Positions 10,975 through 22,826 of a DNA stretch of 64,000 nucleotides are shown here, in pieces; within the stretch, counting starts at the first letter, position 1, and every line of letters starts with the position of its first letter. The position numbers and the translations under genes are program-made. The DNA is from a virus (taxonomy: Duplodnaviria; Caudoviricetes), in the IMG/VR virus record IMGVR_UViG_3300031555_004891; one strand, 5' to 3'. The notes beneath the pieces are model-generated. The model had not been told where the DNA came from, did no database searches, and worked only from the letters and a program-made list of their open reading frames with translations.

Positions 10975-13059
10975 ATGACTAACACAGATTATCTAAATTT
11001 TGAAGAATTAATGGATTTAAATCCAGAAGAGCGAGAAGCTGCTTTAAAGATTCTTTCTGAGCTATCTGAAAAAGGAAAATCAGAATAGCTTGATGATTAT
11101 TTATATTCTGATTTCGATGAAATTCCTGTTGATATACACACTTTTTTGCATAATAAAACATATTTAGGTAATGCTTTATATGATCAGGAAGGAAGATTTA
11201 CACTTTTTCCTTATTGGGAAGAAAAATTAAAAGAAATATTTCCATCACCAACAGAAACGAGATATAATACAATTGTTTTTACCGGAGCTATTGGTCTAGG
11301 AAAATCTACTATAGCTGTTATATGCTTATTATATATGCTATATAGATTATTATGTTTAAAAGATCCATATTTATATTACGGTATGCAACCTATAGATAAG
11401 ATATCTATTTCTCTTATGAATATAACTTTAGAGAATGCAAAAGGTGTTGCTTTAGATAAAATGAACTAGATGATTTTATCTAGTCAATGGTTCTTAGCTC
11501 ACGGCGAAATGGCTGGTAAAACAAATTTAGAATTTAGACCAGAAAAACATATTGAGCTCATAACAGCATCTAGTAACAATCAAGTAATTGGTCGTGCTTT
11601 GTTTGCAAATTTTACAGATGAGGTTAACTTTGGTTTAACTAGTGATGTAGAAAAATTAAAGAAAAAATAGAAAACACTTATCTCGCAAGTTGACGCTCGT
11701 ATGAAATCAAGATTCTTGCGTGGTACATATCTTCCAACATTAAATATTATTGCATCTTCTAAGAATAGTGAGCAATCATTTTTAGAAGATTTTATATAGG
11801 CTAAAATTAAAAATGAGTCGAAAAACACTTTAATTGTTGATGAACCACAATGGGTAGTTGACTCTAGAAAAGACTCAAAAGAAAAATTTTGGGTAGCAGT
11901 TGGTAATAAATTCTTAGCCAATGAAGTTTTACCTGTAGATGCTTCTGAAACATTAGTTGATGAGTATAGATCTAAAGGCTATTCTATGCTCCATGTACCT
12001 ATTGGTTATTTAGAAAACTTTATCGAAAATCTTGATGGAGCATTGACTGATATAGCTGGTATAGCTACAGCATCATCTTTAAAATATATTTCTGGTATGA
12101 AATGGAATGAGTGTGTAGATTTAGAAATCAAAAATCCTTTCACAAAAGAAATTTTAGAAGTTGGTGATGCTAAAGATGATAAAGTTTAGTATTATGATTA
12201 TTTTGACTTATCTCAAGTCCCATCGGATTTGAAAAGTAGGCCTTTATATATACATCTCGATATGTCTATATCTGGAGACAAAACTGGTATAGCTGGTGTT
12301 TGGATTAAGAGAAAGACTTATGTATCAGAGGGTTAGGATTAGTCAAAATCTTTATATTATAGAGTAGCTTTTTCTTGTGCTATAAAAGCACCTAAAGGTG
12401 CTCAAATTTCTTTTGAAAAAAATAAGAAATTTATATATTGGCTCAAAGAAAACGGTTTTAATGTTAAAAAGATAACTAGCGATACTTTCTAGTCAGCACC
12501 TGTTTTACAGGATTTAAGAGCTCATGGTTTCGATTGTGAAACTCAATCTGTAGATAGGTTGACTGGCGAAGGTAAAAATAAAATTTGTGAGCCTTATCAT
12601 TATTTTAGATCTACAATATATGAAAATAGATTATAGGTATATAAGACTCAATTATTAACAGAAGAAGTTATTGGTCTTGAAAAATTATCTGATGGTCATG
12701 TAGATCATACAACCTCAGGTATAAATTCAAAAGATATCAGTGACGCAGTTTGCGGTGCTATTTTTGAAGCTAGTAAACATGGTGAGTAGTTTGCATTTGA
12801 TTATGGAGAAGATTTAGATGTAGTCAAAGATGTAAGCAAAACTGTTACTATACAATCGTAGACGCAAGAAATAAATGAAGCTTTTTAGCAAGAATTGTAG
12901 AAAATGTTTGACCCTATGGCTAGACATATTCAAAAGACTGAGCAAACTAAACCTGATAATACACAACAATAGAAAAAATCACCATACACAGATTTTGGAA
13001 ATGGTGCTGCACAACCTTATGCTCCGGCTTATATGGCTCAAGGCATAGTGTTGTTTTAA
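10975..13059 (+). CDS. terL: Terminase large subunit (694 aa, about 14 in-frame TAG=Gln)
   Basis: Walker A GAIGLGKS, Walker B FTDEVNF, nuclease motifs HLDMS..GDKTG, DTF-Q-S and VDH...SKDISDAV. Single frame up to TAA at 13057-13059. Confidence 0.9.
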
Positions 13060-13072
13060 CGAGGAATAAAAA

Positions 13073-14989
13073 ATGCCTGTAGATACAACAAAAACAAAAT
13101 TAGATAAAAATGAAAGCTCCGTATATCGAGAAGAGCCTGCAGTTTATAATAAAGTTATCTAGGCTGCACCTGCTCCAGAACGTGAGATAGGTATTGATAC
13201 TAAGCAAACTATGTATCAAAACATTATTCAAGCTGGTACAAATAATCTTTTAGATATCTCGTCTCTAGATGCTTTCACAAATATATCACAAAGCAGAGAT
13301 CAAGTATATGCTTTACTAGATACTATGTGTCAAGATTCTACCGTAGCAGCTGTTTTAGAGACTTATGCAGAAGATGCTACTGAGCCAAATGATCAAGGCC
13401 AAATAGTTTGGGTAGAAGCATCTAATCCAGATGTGCAGAAATATGTACAATTTTTATTAGATGCTATGAACGTAGATAAAAATATATATAAATGGACATA
13501 CTCACTTTGTAAATATGGTGATATATATCTAAGATTATATAGAGAGTCAGATTTTGAGGAAGCTGATTTATTTAATAGTTTTAAAAATAAAAAGAAAACA
13601 GCTCTCAATGAAGCTGTTAAAATAAAAGCATATTCTAAAAATGATCACTATGTAAATTATATGGAAATGCACTCAAATCCAGCAGAAATTTTTGAGCTTA
13701 CAAAACTAGGTAAGACTTATGCTTATATAAAAGCTCATGTTAACTCAACACAAACATTTGATTCTGTTACTGGATATTATCAAGCTAATAATTTACTTTC
13801 TTATAGATTTAAGCAGAGTGATGTTGAGTTACACTCTGCTACAGATTTTGTACATGGCTGTTTAGAAGATAATTCTAGCAGAACACCAGAAACAGTATAG
13901 ATTTTTATAGGTGATAGTGATAAAGAAGCTGATGCTTTAACTTACACAGTTAAACGTGGCCAATCACTTTTGTATAATACATTTAAAACTTGGCGAGAAT
14001 TACAACTTCTCGAAAATTCTGTTTTACTTAATCGTATTACAAAATCATCTATTGTTCGTGTAATTGGTGTAGAAGTAGGTGATATGCCTAAAGAAATGGT
14101 AGGCCCACATTTGCAAGGTATAAAATCCTTAATCGAACAAAAAGCTGCTATAAATGCAGGTAACTCAATAAATGAGTACACTAATCCAGGTCCTATAGAA
14201 AATAATATTTATGTACCTACTCACGAAGGTGTTGGTGCTATTACAGCAAGCCAAATCGGTGGTGATGTAGATGTTAAATCTTTAGCTGACCTAGATTATT
14301 ATCAAGATAAATGGTTTGGATCACTTCGTGTTCCTAAACAATATTTCGGTGTAACAGATGATAACGCCGGATTTAGCGGTGGACAATCATTATCTATTAT
14401 TTCATCACGTTATGGTAAAATGGTTAAACGTATCCAAAGCACAATGACTCAATTGCTTACAGATGCTGTTAACTTATTGCTTTTAGATAGAAATCTTAAA
14501 ACGTATGTTAACGAATTTAATATTAGAATGCTTGCACCTACTACTCAAGAAGAGTTAGATAGACGTGAAAATTTAAGTAATAAAGTTGGTGTTACAACTG
14601 ATATTATGAATATGCTAGGTGATATAGACGATTCTGTAATTAAGCTTAAAATTATGAAATCTCTATTATCAAAAATTTTAACTGATGGCGAAGTTATAGA
14701 CTTAATACAACAACAAATAGATAATTTAGAAGAGCAGCAAGAAGCAGAAAATAATCCAGAAGAAACAACAGATGATATTGATTTGAGTGATGATTCTGGA
14801 GATATGTTTGCAGATGCATCTTCTGAACCTAGTGAAGCTGAATTAGATTTAGGATTAGGTGTTACAGATGACTCTGAAACTGATTTAAGTTTAGATAGCG
14901 GAGAAGAAACGATTGAGCCTATGGATACTGGAGCTACTTTACCTACACCAGATGAGTTAGGCGTAGATATGACTACTTTTGAAGGTTAA
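13073..14989 (+). CDS. Portal protein, T4 gp20-like (638 aa, TAG=Gln)
   Basis: Motifs WRELQLLENSVLLNRI, VEVGDMPK, DLDYYQDKWFGSLRVPKQY. Two TAGs join the fragments. Directly follows terL. Confidence 0.88.
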
Positions 14990-15083
14990 CATAATTTCAT
15001 ACAGATTGATGTTATTTAAAACCTTAATTCTTCAAAAAAAAAATAAAAAAAAAATCAGTTGGTTATACCATGGAGACTAAAAT

Positions 15084-15554
15084 ATGATTTCAAAAAATGA
15101 TCTAGTTTTAATATTAACAGATATGTCAAAAAGTGGGTTTGATACAAAAAATCAAATTACAAAAGTTTTAACAACTAAAAATATACCTATGGATGTTATA
15201 AAATTTATAAATGAAAATAGAGAAATGGATTTAAGTAAATTTTATACTCATATCAGAAAAAGTTATAACTAGAAAAAATCTAAATTATACATAAACATAA
15301 TGAAAGAAATAGAAGATGTTAACGAAGTGCTTACTACGTTAGCATCTCTAAATCTACAAATCCTTTTATTTAGTAAAAATGTAGATGATAAACAAATGTT
15401 TTTAAGACATAGTAGAGCTTCTGAAATTACAAAAGTTTTAACTATGTATTATGAAAATTATGATTTAGCAAATTGTGTAAAATTATTACATTTGATAAAA
15501 GCTGATATTGTAGCTTTCGAATTTTTAAGTGGACAACGTACAACTGTTGCTTAA
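15084..15554 (+). CDS. Hypothetical protein (156 aa, TAG=Gln)
   Basis: Two same-frame ORFs joined at TAG 15270-15272; GGAG RBS. Confidence 0.7.
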
Positions 15555-15776
15555 GTAAAATAAGTTATATATTTATTATTATATTTTTAAACTAGTTATC
15601 TTTTTAAATAATTTATCTTTTAAACTAGTTTAAATAATTAATTATTATATATATAATATATTATAATATTATCTTAAACAACACTTAAACATAATTTCTT
15701 TGTAAAAATTCAAATTTTTATATGCTAAATTATATGTAAAACTGTACAAAACAGTGTAAAAAGGAAGAAAATATAC

Positions 15777-17318
15777 ATGTCAGCACCCTTAAAGAGAAAC
15801 GAAGAGTTAGTTTTAGATGACTCAATAAAAGTTAATAAGAAAGGCGAAGCTATCCTCGGTGTTCTCGAAGGACCCTGCGCAGATGTAATAAATCCTACGA
15901 GAAATGATAGACAGTATGATGAAGAGCTTTGGGAAAATGTTTTCAAAGATCCTATCGTAAACGAATACTTCGAATGCGGCGGTTTATTAGGTGAGTTAGA
16001 TCACCCAACAGATCGTACAGAAACTGATACATCTAAAGTAGCAATTTGCATGCCTGAAAAACCTAAAAGAGGAAAAGATGGTAAACTTTATGCAAGATTT
16101 GATATTTTAGATACACCAAATGGACGTATTGCTTATACACTTGCAAAATATGGATATAAGTTAGGTGTAAGCTCAAGAGGTAATGGTGATGTCTACGAAG
16201 CTTTTGATGGAAAAGAGCATGTAGACTCAAATACATATGAGCTCAAAGCATTCGATTTAGTTTTATTACCAGCAGTTAAAGCTGCTAGACTTGCTTTAAA
16301 AGAATCTGTAGGTAATAAAACATTTAAGCAAGCAATCAGAGAATCTTTAGAATCTGCTACAAAAGATGAAAAAAGAATTATGGTTGAAAGCTTAAGAAAC
16401 TTAAAAATAGATTATAAGATGGAACAGGCTAAACAGTCTGTAAAATCAGATAATAAAGTAACCGAATCAGTAGTTCCTCAAACTGAGAAAGTAGCCGAAG
16501 ATAACGGAATGATTTTAGTAGAAGAATTACAGAGAGAAATTCTCAAGAATAAAGAATTAACTGAATCATATCAAGCTGTGCAAGAACAGTTATCAGTTTG
16601 CTATGCAAAAGAAGCTAAGTATCAAGAAGAAATTGAAATGCTTAAAGCAAATCAAATCAGCACTGATAAAGATAAAGTTACTGCTTTAGAATCAGAGATT
16701 AGCTCCCTTACTGAGAGATTACATGAAACAACCGAACAGCTTAACGCAACTAGTAAGCGTTACGCAAAACTTTCTGAAGCAGTAAGAAAAGAAAAAGCTG
16801 AAAAGAAAGCTATAAATGAGTCTTTAGAATCTGAAAAAGATCATAAGATACAGAAGCTTACAGAAAAGCTAACACTTGAAAGACGCGAATCAGAAAAAAC
16901 TCAGAAAAGTTTAACCGAATAGATAGAAGACTTAAAGAAGAATTCTGCTATTAAAGCTAAAGAATATTCTGAAAAAACTCAAAAATCTAACAAGCTTGTG
17001 GAACATTATAAAAAGATAGCTCAAGAAGCTGTTTCTAGATATATAGATTCAAAAGCACTTACGTTAGGTATTTCAGCTACAGAAATTAAAAACAGACTCA
17101 CAGAAGATTGTACTTTCGATGATGTAGATGAAATTTGCGAGAGTTTGCAAGGATATCAGATAAAGCTTAGCAAACTTCCTATTTCTATCGACTCAAATAA
17201 AAGAGTGAAAGTTAAAGTTACTGAATCAAAAGAACCCATTAAGCCTAAAACATGGGTTGATGACGAAATAGATGACAGTTTATTACGTCTAGCAGGCTTA
17301 GACAAATTAGATTTATGA
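15777..17318 (+). CDS. Prohead protease (T4 gp21-like) fused to coiled-coil scaffold (513 aa, TAG=Gln)
   Basis: Motifs NDRQY, LGELDHP, ILDTPNGRI, GVSSRGNG, FDLVLLPA. Long heptad region continues across TAG 16920-16922. Confidence 0.88.
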
Positions 17319-17337
17319 TAAAAAGGAAATAAATATT

Positions 17338-18675
17338 ATGGCTAACTTACTTGAAAGTTATAAAACCAGACTTGCAGTGTCTGAAAGCTATTATGCAAAA
17401 TCACACAACGGCGAAAAACTTCCTCAACAAAAGAAACTCGTTGTTGCAAAATTACTTGAAAACCAAAACAAATTCTTAAGCGAAGCGTTTGAACAAAGCG
17501 TTGGTACTCAAAGAAGCGACATGGGTCATTTCAGAAAATTCTCTATGAACCTTACTACTGTTGCTACTCCTAACCTTATTGCTTTCGACCTCGTTCTCGT
17601 ACAACCTATGAGCTCACTCAGCGGTTATGTTAACTACATTAAATATACTGTTGGTTCAAACAAAGGTGATTCAAAGAGAGGCGAAGTACTTAACAGTCCT
17701 TTCGGTCTTGGTAAAGTTGATCCTTACTACACTTCCGATAAAGTTGTTGAAACTATTGGTGCTGGTGTAACTGAATTCAAAGCAGCTTGGACCCCTGTAT
17801 TAAAAGGTTTCTTCAGACATGATGATGCTAAATATGATGTTAAAATCATGAAAGCAGATGGTTCTGAACAATATGCAAACTTTAATGATGATGGTGTTGT
17901 AGCTGTTGCAGAAGGTGATAGAGTTGCATATGTATATGATAACGTTTCTATTCCTCAAAACGACCTTCCTGTTGTAAACGCTGAAATGGATACTATTCCT
18001 CTTGTTGCAAGAGCTAGAAGAATTGCTATCTACTACAGCCAAATGGCTGCTTTCCAAGCTAAAACTGATTATGGTTTCGACCTTGGCGATCAACTTGCTG
18101 AAAAAGCTGTTGCTCAATTAAGTTACGAAATTGATACTGAAGTTTGCCAACTTCTTATCGACAATGCAGATGCAGATGACGCAGTTGTATTCAATAAAAC
18201 AGTACCTTATGGTATCTCTATGATGGAACACTACGCAGCATTCGCAGCAGTTGTTGAAAAAGCAAAACAAAAAGTATATGACAGAACTAAGAGATTTATG
18301 CCTAACTACATGTTAGTTGCTTCTGACCTTATGCCTGTACTTACTTTCGTTCCTGGATTCAAAGCTGCTTCTGCAAGCAATGTAAACGGTCCTTACATGG
18401 CTGGTACATTCAATGGTATGAAAGTATTCGTTACTCCAAACATTGAAGCTGGTAAATTCGTACTCGGTGTAAATGGTAACGATATGATGAGCTCTGCAGC
18501 TGTTTATGCTCCTTACATGCCAGTAGTTCCTACTCAATTGCTTAACTATGCTGACGGTGGTATGAGCCAAGGCTGGTCAACTATGTATGACCTCAAGATC
18601 CTCAACAAAAACCTTCTTGTTGCTGGTAAAATCGTTGAAGAAGCTTACGTAGTTAACACTAAAGAACAAGCTTAA
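17338..18675 (+). CDS. Major capsid protein, T4 gp23-like
   Basis: Motifs PNLIAFDLVLVQPM, EIDTEV, YAPYMP. Strong codon bias and no TAG. Confidence 0.92.
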   Translation: MANLLESYKTRLAVSESYYAKSHNGEKLPQQKKLVVAKLLENQNKFLSEAFEQSVGTQRSDMGHFRKFSMNLTTVATPNLIAFDLVLVQPMSSLSGYVNYIKYTVGSNKGDSKRGEVLNSPFGLGKVDPYYTSDKVVETIGAGVTEFKAAWTPVLKGFFRHDDAKYDVKIMKADGSEQYANFNDDGVVAVAEGDRVAYVYDNVSIPQNDLPVVNAEMDTIPLVARARRIAIYYSQMAAFQAKTDYGFDLGDQLAEKAVAQLSYEIDTEVCQLLIDNADADDAVVFNKTVPYGISMMEHYAAFAAVVEKAKQKVYDRTKRFMPNYMLVASDLMPVLTFVPGFKAASASNVNGPYMAGTFNGMKVFVTPNIEAGKFVLGVNGNDMMSSAAVYAPYMPVVPTQLLNYADGGMSQGWSTMYDLKILNKNLLVAGKIVEEAYVVNTKEQA

Positions 18676-18704
18676 TCACAAATAAAAATTTAATAGTAAA
18701 AGCT

Positions 18705-18735
18705 AAAGAGTCTTGAGAAATCAAGACTCTTTTTT
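18705..18735 (+). terminator. Intrinsic terminator after capsid gene
   Basis: AAAGAGTCTTGA-GAAA-TCAAGACTCTTTTTT. Confidence 0.85.
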
Positions 18736-18784
18736 CTGTATAAAATATATGATAGATGAAAACTAAAAATAAGGAAAATTAACT

Positions 18785-19201
18785 ATGTATAAATTTATAG
18801 TAGGTAAGACTATAAAAAGAAAAATATATAAAGGTGAAGATTTATTAGGAAATAAAATTTATGAAAAACAGATAATACCTAAAGGAACTTATGTTGAGTT
18901 AATACCTATAGGATTTCTACATACAGTAGATGCTTTTCCATTACCAGATTCTTCTGAAGAAGATTTATCTGATTTATATATGCAATTAGAAGCTATATTT
19001 GTTAAAAAAGATGCTTCAATGCAATTTGAAGACAAAACAATAACATATGATTCGAGTTTATCTGATAATGCTGATATATTGCATATTGATTTTTTAGATT
19101 ACACAGAAATACCAGCTTTTATAAAATTTTTCAAATTAAAAGTTATAAAAAAGACCTTTAAAGCTATTTGCTTATAGTCAAATACTTTACATAGCTATTA
19201 A
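18785..19201 (+). CDS. Hypothetical protein
   Basis: ORF extends through TAG 19175-19177 to TAA 19199-19201. Has its own CTGTATAA motif upstream and a terminator downstream. Confidence 0.6.
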
Positions 19202-19213
19202 TTTTTAAATTAA

Positions 19214-19246
19214 TTCGAAGAGCGCATAAAAACTCTTCGATTTTTT
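19214..19246 (+). terminator. Intrinsic terminator
   Basis: TCGAAGAG...CTCTTCGA followed by a T-run. Confidence 0.7.
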
Positions 19247-19299
19247 CTTATTTTGAAATTTTCTATCACTTTTATAGATTTTTTCTTGCTAAATTAATT

Positions 19300-19403
19300 G
19301 AATAGTATGTAAATTTGTCCACAGACTCACTCAGAAAAGGGTGAGATTGTTTTTAAGCATGGCTGGTTGATTACCTCCGTCAGCCAGCTGTGCTTTGTTT
19401 TTT
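19300..19403 (+). ncRNA. Candidate structured small RNA / leader with two hairpins and an anti-SD loop
   Basis: Follows GCTAAATT at 19288. Hairpin CTCAC..GTGAG (19326-19345), then a 16-bp stem 19355-19370/19380-19395 with three G-U pairs, loop TTACCTCCG, and a T-run. Confidence 0.5.
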
Positions 19404-19418
19404 ATAAGGGGAGATGCA

Positions 19419-20135
19419 GTGGAATTAGCCGCATATAGAGATGAAATTAAACTTCGCTTAACAGGTGGGGTTATTGATTTAGAACTTAATGATGCAGCAA
19501 TTGATGGCTGCATCAATAGTGCTTTTAGATAGATATAGAGATATATAGATAGCACAGTTTTAATCACAATTCCTTACACCAAATGTATAGATTTAACCGA
19601 TAAAAAAGTAAGCTCTGTATCTAGAGTATTTAGATCAGAAGGTTATGGAATAACATCAGATACATCTATAAATGGAGGAACTCACGATCCTATGTATCTA
19701 GCTTCATGGCAAATGATGGCTGGTGTAGGATCTGGTATAAGTACTATGACTAGTTTTGTGCAGAATTATGCTGCATATAACACATCTTTGCAAGTTAGAA
19801 ATACATTATCTACCGATTTGTTATTTAGATTCGATAAACATACTAATCAGCTTTATATAAACTGCAGTTATGATTTACCAGAATATATAACTATAGAATT
19901 TGTTCCTAAATATGATGATGTATCGCAAATAGTTTCAGATTTCTGGATAGATATCGAAATGCGATTAGCCTTAGCTATTTGCAAGCAAGTTATAGGAAGA
20001 ATAAGAAAGAAATTTACCCAAACAAATGCGTTATGGGAATTAGATACAGATATCTTGCAAGAAGGTATCGACGAAGAAAAAGAGCTCGTTGAGCAAATGC
20101 GTAAAGCGAGTCAACTAAATTATCCAATAGATTAA
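19419..20135 (+). CDS. Neck / head-completion protein, T4 gp13-like (238 aa, TAG=Gln)
   Basis: GTG start after GGGGAG. N-terminus IKLRLTGGVIDLELNDAAIDGCINSAF resembles gp13. Two TAGs. Confidence 0.75.
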
Positions 20136-20165
20136 AATTAAGCAATGCTTACAGGAGAATAAATA

Positions 20166-21908
20166 ATGGCTACAAATTATTTAGCAGAAGCCTTTCAGCA
20201 AATGAAGTTATTAGAAAGTGAAACTTTCAGCTTCGATAACGATGGGGCTGCAAAACTATCAAACTTCATGGATGATGACCTTCTCACAGATGTAGAAGTT
20301 GTTATTGATCCTGAAGCAGAAACAGAAGAAGATCTTAAAGACTCATACATCGGTGATATTATCTTAGCATGCGAAGTATGTCATTCTATGATCTACAAAC
20401 GTGAAGAAGAAGTAACAGTTGAAGAAGATGCTGATATGGCAAATGTTGGCGAACTTTGTCCTTATTGCTACTCTTCTGATGGTTTCAAAATTATCGGTAA
20501 GGTAGCACCTTATGAAGAAATTACTGTTGAAACAGAATCTGGTGAAGATGTAAAAGTTGAAGTAGATGGTAAGAAAATTGAAACCGAAGCTGATGATGAA
20601 GATGAAATAAAAGATCTTGATCCAGAAACAGAAGAAGATAGAGAAGAGCTTGATGAGTCTTTAAATGAAGCTAAAGATAGCAAAGAAAAAGGTACTGGTG
20701 ATGATGTTACTATTGGCTTAAATAAAGATGGCGAACTTGATATTGTAAAAGATGAAAATCAAGATAATATCGAACCTTTAGAAGAAGCTAAAGAGCCACT
20801 TTCTGTTAGACTTAAGAAAAGACTCGCTATGAAAGCTGAAAATCTCGAAGAAGAAGTTATTGAAGAAAATTTCTACGCAGTAGTAGAAGTAGATGGTGAA
20901 GAAAGAAGATTCCCATTTAAAGATAGAGATGCAGCTAGAAGATATATCCAACACGTTAGAAATGGTGCACCTGAATTTGAAGGTAAGAAAATCGGCAGCA
21001 TGTGGACTGAAAGTTTAGATTCAAACAATAGATTGCTGAAAGAAGGTAGAGGTAAAAATAAATTCACTTATGATGAAGCAGTAAATTATTTAGAATCAAA
21101 AGGAATTAGCTGTGATCCAACAGCTGCTGGATGCGGTGAATTTGTATGCGATCTTCTAGATGAGTATGTTGATGGTTACGATGATTATGATGAAGAAATT
21201 TATTATAAATCTACGTTAGATGATATAATTGATAGAGCTAAAGATTATTTAGAAAATCTTGAAGAAGAAGATCTTGATGAGTCTGTTGCTAAAAACAGTT
21301 CAAAACAAAATTTGAAAGAAGGTATGGAAGATATTTCTATTACTACAGAAACAGATGTAATTAAAGTAAAATCTACACCTAGAGAAGATAAAGAAGCTAT
21401 TGTTCCTATGCAACCAGAAGAAGTAGAAGAAATTGTCGAACCTGCTGCAGAAGAAGTAGCAGAAATTCCAGAAGAAGAATTTGTTGAAGAACCTGCAGTT
21501 GATGAAGAAACAGTTGATACTGATGTAGATATCGAAGAATTCGATGAAGAAGGCTTTGATGAGTTAGGTGAAAGCTACCTTAAGAAAGTATATGAAAATG
21601 TAGAATCATATAAAACAACTTCTGGTAGTTTAAAAAATAATTCTATCTGTTTAGAAGGTGTTATTACATTTAATTCTGGTAAAAAAGCTAAAACTAGTTT
21701 TATTTTCGAAGCTAAAGAAATGACTAAACGTGGTAAGCTTAAATTCATTGGTGAAAATGTTAACTTATCTAAAAATAAGAAAGCATTTACCCTTACTGGA
21801 ATTGCTGACAATAAAAAATTAATGTGCGAATCTTTAACTTATAATTATTTAGCTAAAGACGCTAAAAACAATAAAGCTAAAAAACTTTATGGAACAGTTA
21901 AAAGATAA
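20166..21908 (+). CDS. Large acidic protein with Zn-ribbon, putative internal head protein
   Basis: CxxC...CxxC pair and many L-x-E motifs (LLES, LDES, LEEA, LKEG); located in the head module. Confidence 0.6.
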   Translation: MATNYLAEAFQQMKLLESETFSFDNDGAAKLSNFMDDDLLTDVEVVIDPEAETEEDLKDSYIGDIILACEVCHSMIYKREEEVTVEEDADMANVGELCPYCYSSDGFKIIGKVAPYEEITVETESGEDVKVEVDGKKIETEADDEDEIKDLDPETEEDREELDESLNEAKDSKEKGTGDDVTIGLNKDGELDIVKDENQDNIEPLEEAKEPLSVRLKKRLAMKAENLEEEVIEENFYAVVEVDGEERRFPFKDRDAARRYIQHVRNGAPEFEGKKIGSMWTESLDSNNRLLKEGRGKNKFTYDEAVNYLESKGISCDPTAAGCGEFVCDLLDEYVDGYDDYDEEIYYKSTLDDIIDRAKDYLENLEEEDLDESVAKNSSKQNLKEGMEDISITTETDVIKVKSTPREDKEAIVPMQPEEVEEIVEPAAEEVAEIPEEEFVEEPAVDEETVDTDVDIEEFDEEGFDELGESYLKKVYENVESYKTTSGSLKNNSICLEGVITFNSGKKAKTSFIFEAKEMTKRGKLKFIGENVNLSKNKKAFTLTGIADNKKLMCESLTYNYLAKDAKNNKAKKLYGTVKR

Positions 21909-21922
21909 TATATAAATGATTT

Positions 21923-21953
21923 CATAGATAGGCTTTATTTAAGCCTATCTATG
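21923..21953 (+). terminator. Hairpin / terminator
   Basis: CATAGATAGGCTT-TATTT-AAGCCTATCTATG. Confidence 0.6.
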
Positions 21954-21989
21954 TGATTTGTTATAAGATTTGCTTATGGAGGAAGCAGT

Positions 21990-22826
21990 GTGAGCTTTTT
22001 AACTGAAGATAAAAGAAACTAGCTGCTGAGTAAAAGTAAGCAGAGTAAAAGACAAAAAGATGGTAAAACACGTTATCAAAAGCGTGTTAAATCAAAAGTA
22101 AAAGCTAATGTAAGCAACTTAAATAAAGTCAATTTTAACTAGTTATTCAAAGATAATATAATGACTGTTAATTTAGATGTTTAGGGTGAAACAAATGAGT
22201 ATGTAGTTACTATTTCATTTGGTGGTTTTTTAGATGAGTTACATAGCGAATTAAAGAAAGCAAATGACATTTTAGCACTGAGAGTTGTAATAAGATCCTT
22301 GCTTAACTCTTTTAATGGTGAAAATGTTTATATAAGATGCTCATGCCCCGATTTTCAATATAGAGGCGCGTATTGGGCTAGTAAAAATAATATCATAGTA
22401 GGTGAGAGAGAAAATAGACCTTCTGATATTACAAATCCAAATGATGATGTTGGACCTGGTTGCAAACATATAATGTTAGTGCTTTCAAATACGAGCTGGA
22501 TGATAAAGCTTGCTAGTGTTGTTTATAATTATATAAACTATATGGAAAAACATTATAAAAAGCTTTATGCTGATATTATTTATCCAGCAATTTATGATAG
22601 AAAATATGAAGAACCTGTTCAGCTTGATCTTGATACTATTGATCAAACAGATCTTGATACAGATTCTGAAACTATAGATAAATCCAACGCAGAAGCTCGA
22701 GATAGAGGTAAGTTTAAAGTTGGTAATAAGATGGGTGTACGATTTGCACCTAAAGAAGATAATAAGCAAATAAATCTGAGTCTGAGAGATATCGAGGATA
22801 CAGATGATGAAGAGGACGAAGAATAA
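21990..22826 (+). CDS. SWIM zinc-finger protein (278 aa, TAG=Gln)
   Basis: GTG start after GGAGG; three TAGs upstream of the 22299 fragment; CSCPDF...CKH motif. Confidence 0.75.

Noticed and set aside
15034-15054. Poly-A tract as a phase-variation switch
   Set aside because: It is intergenic in an AT-rich genome, with no evident promoter boxes flanking it.
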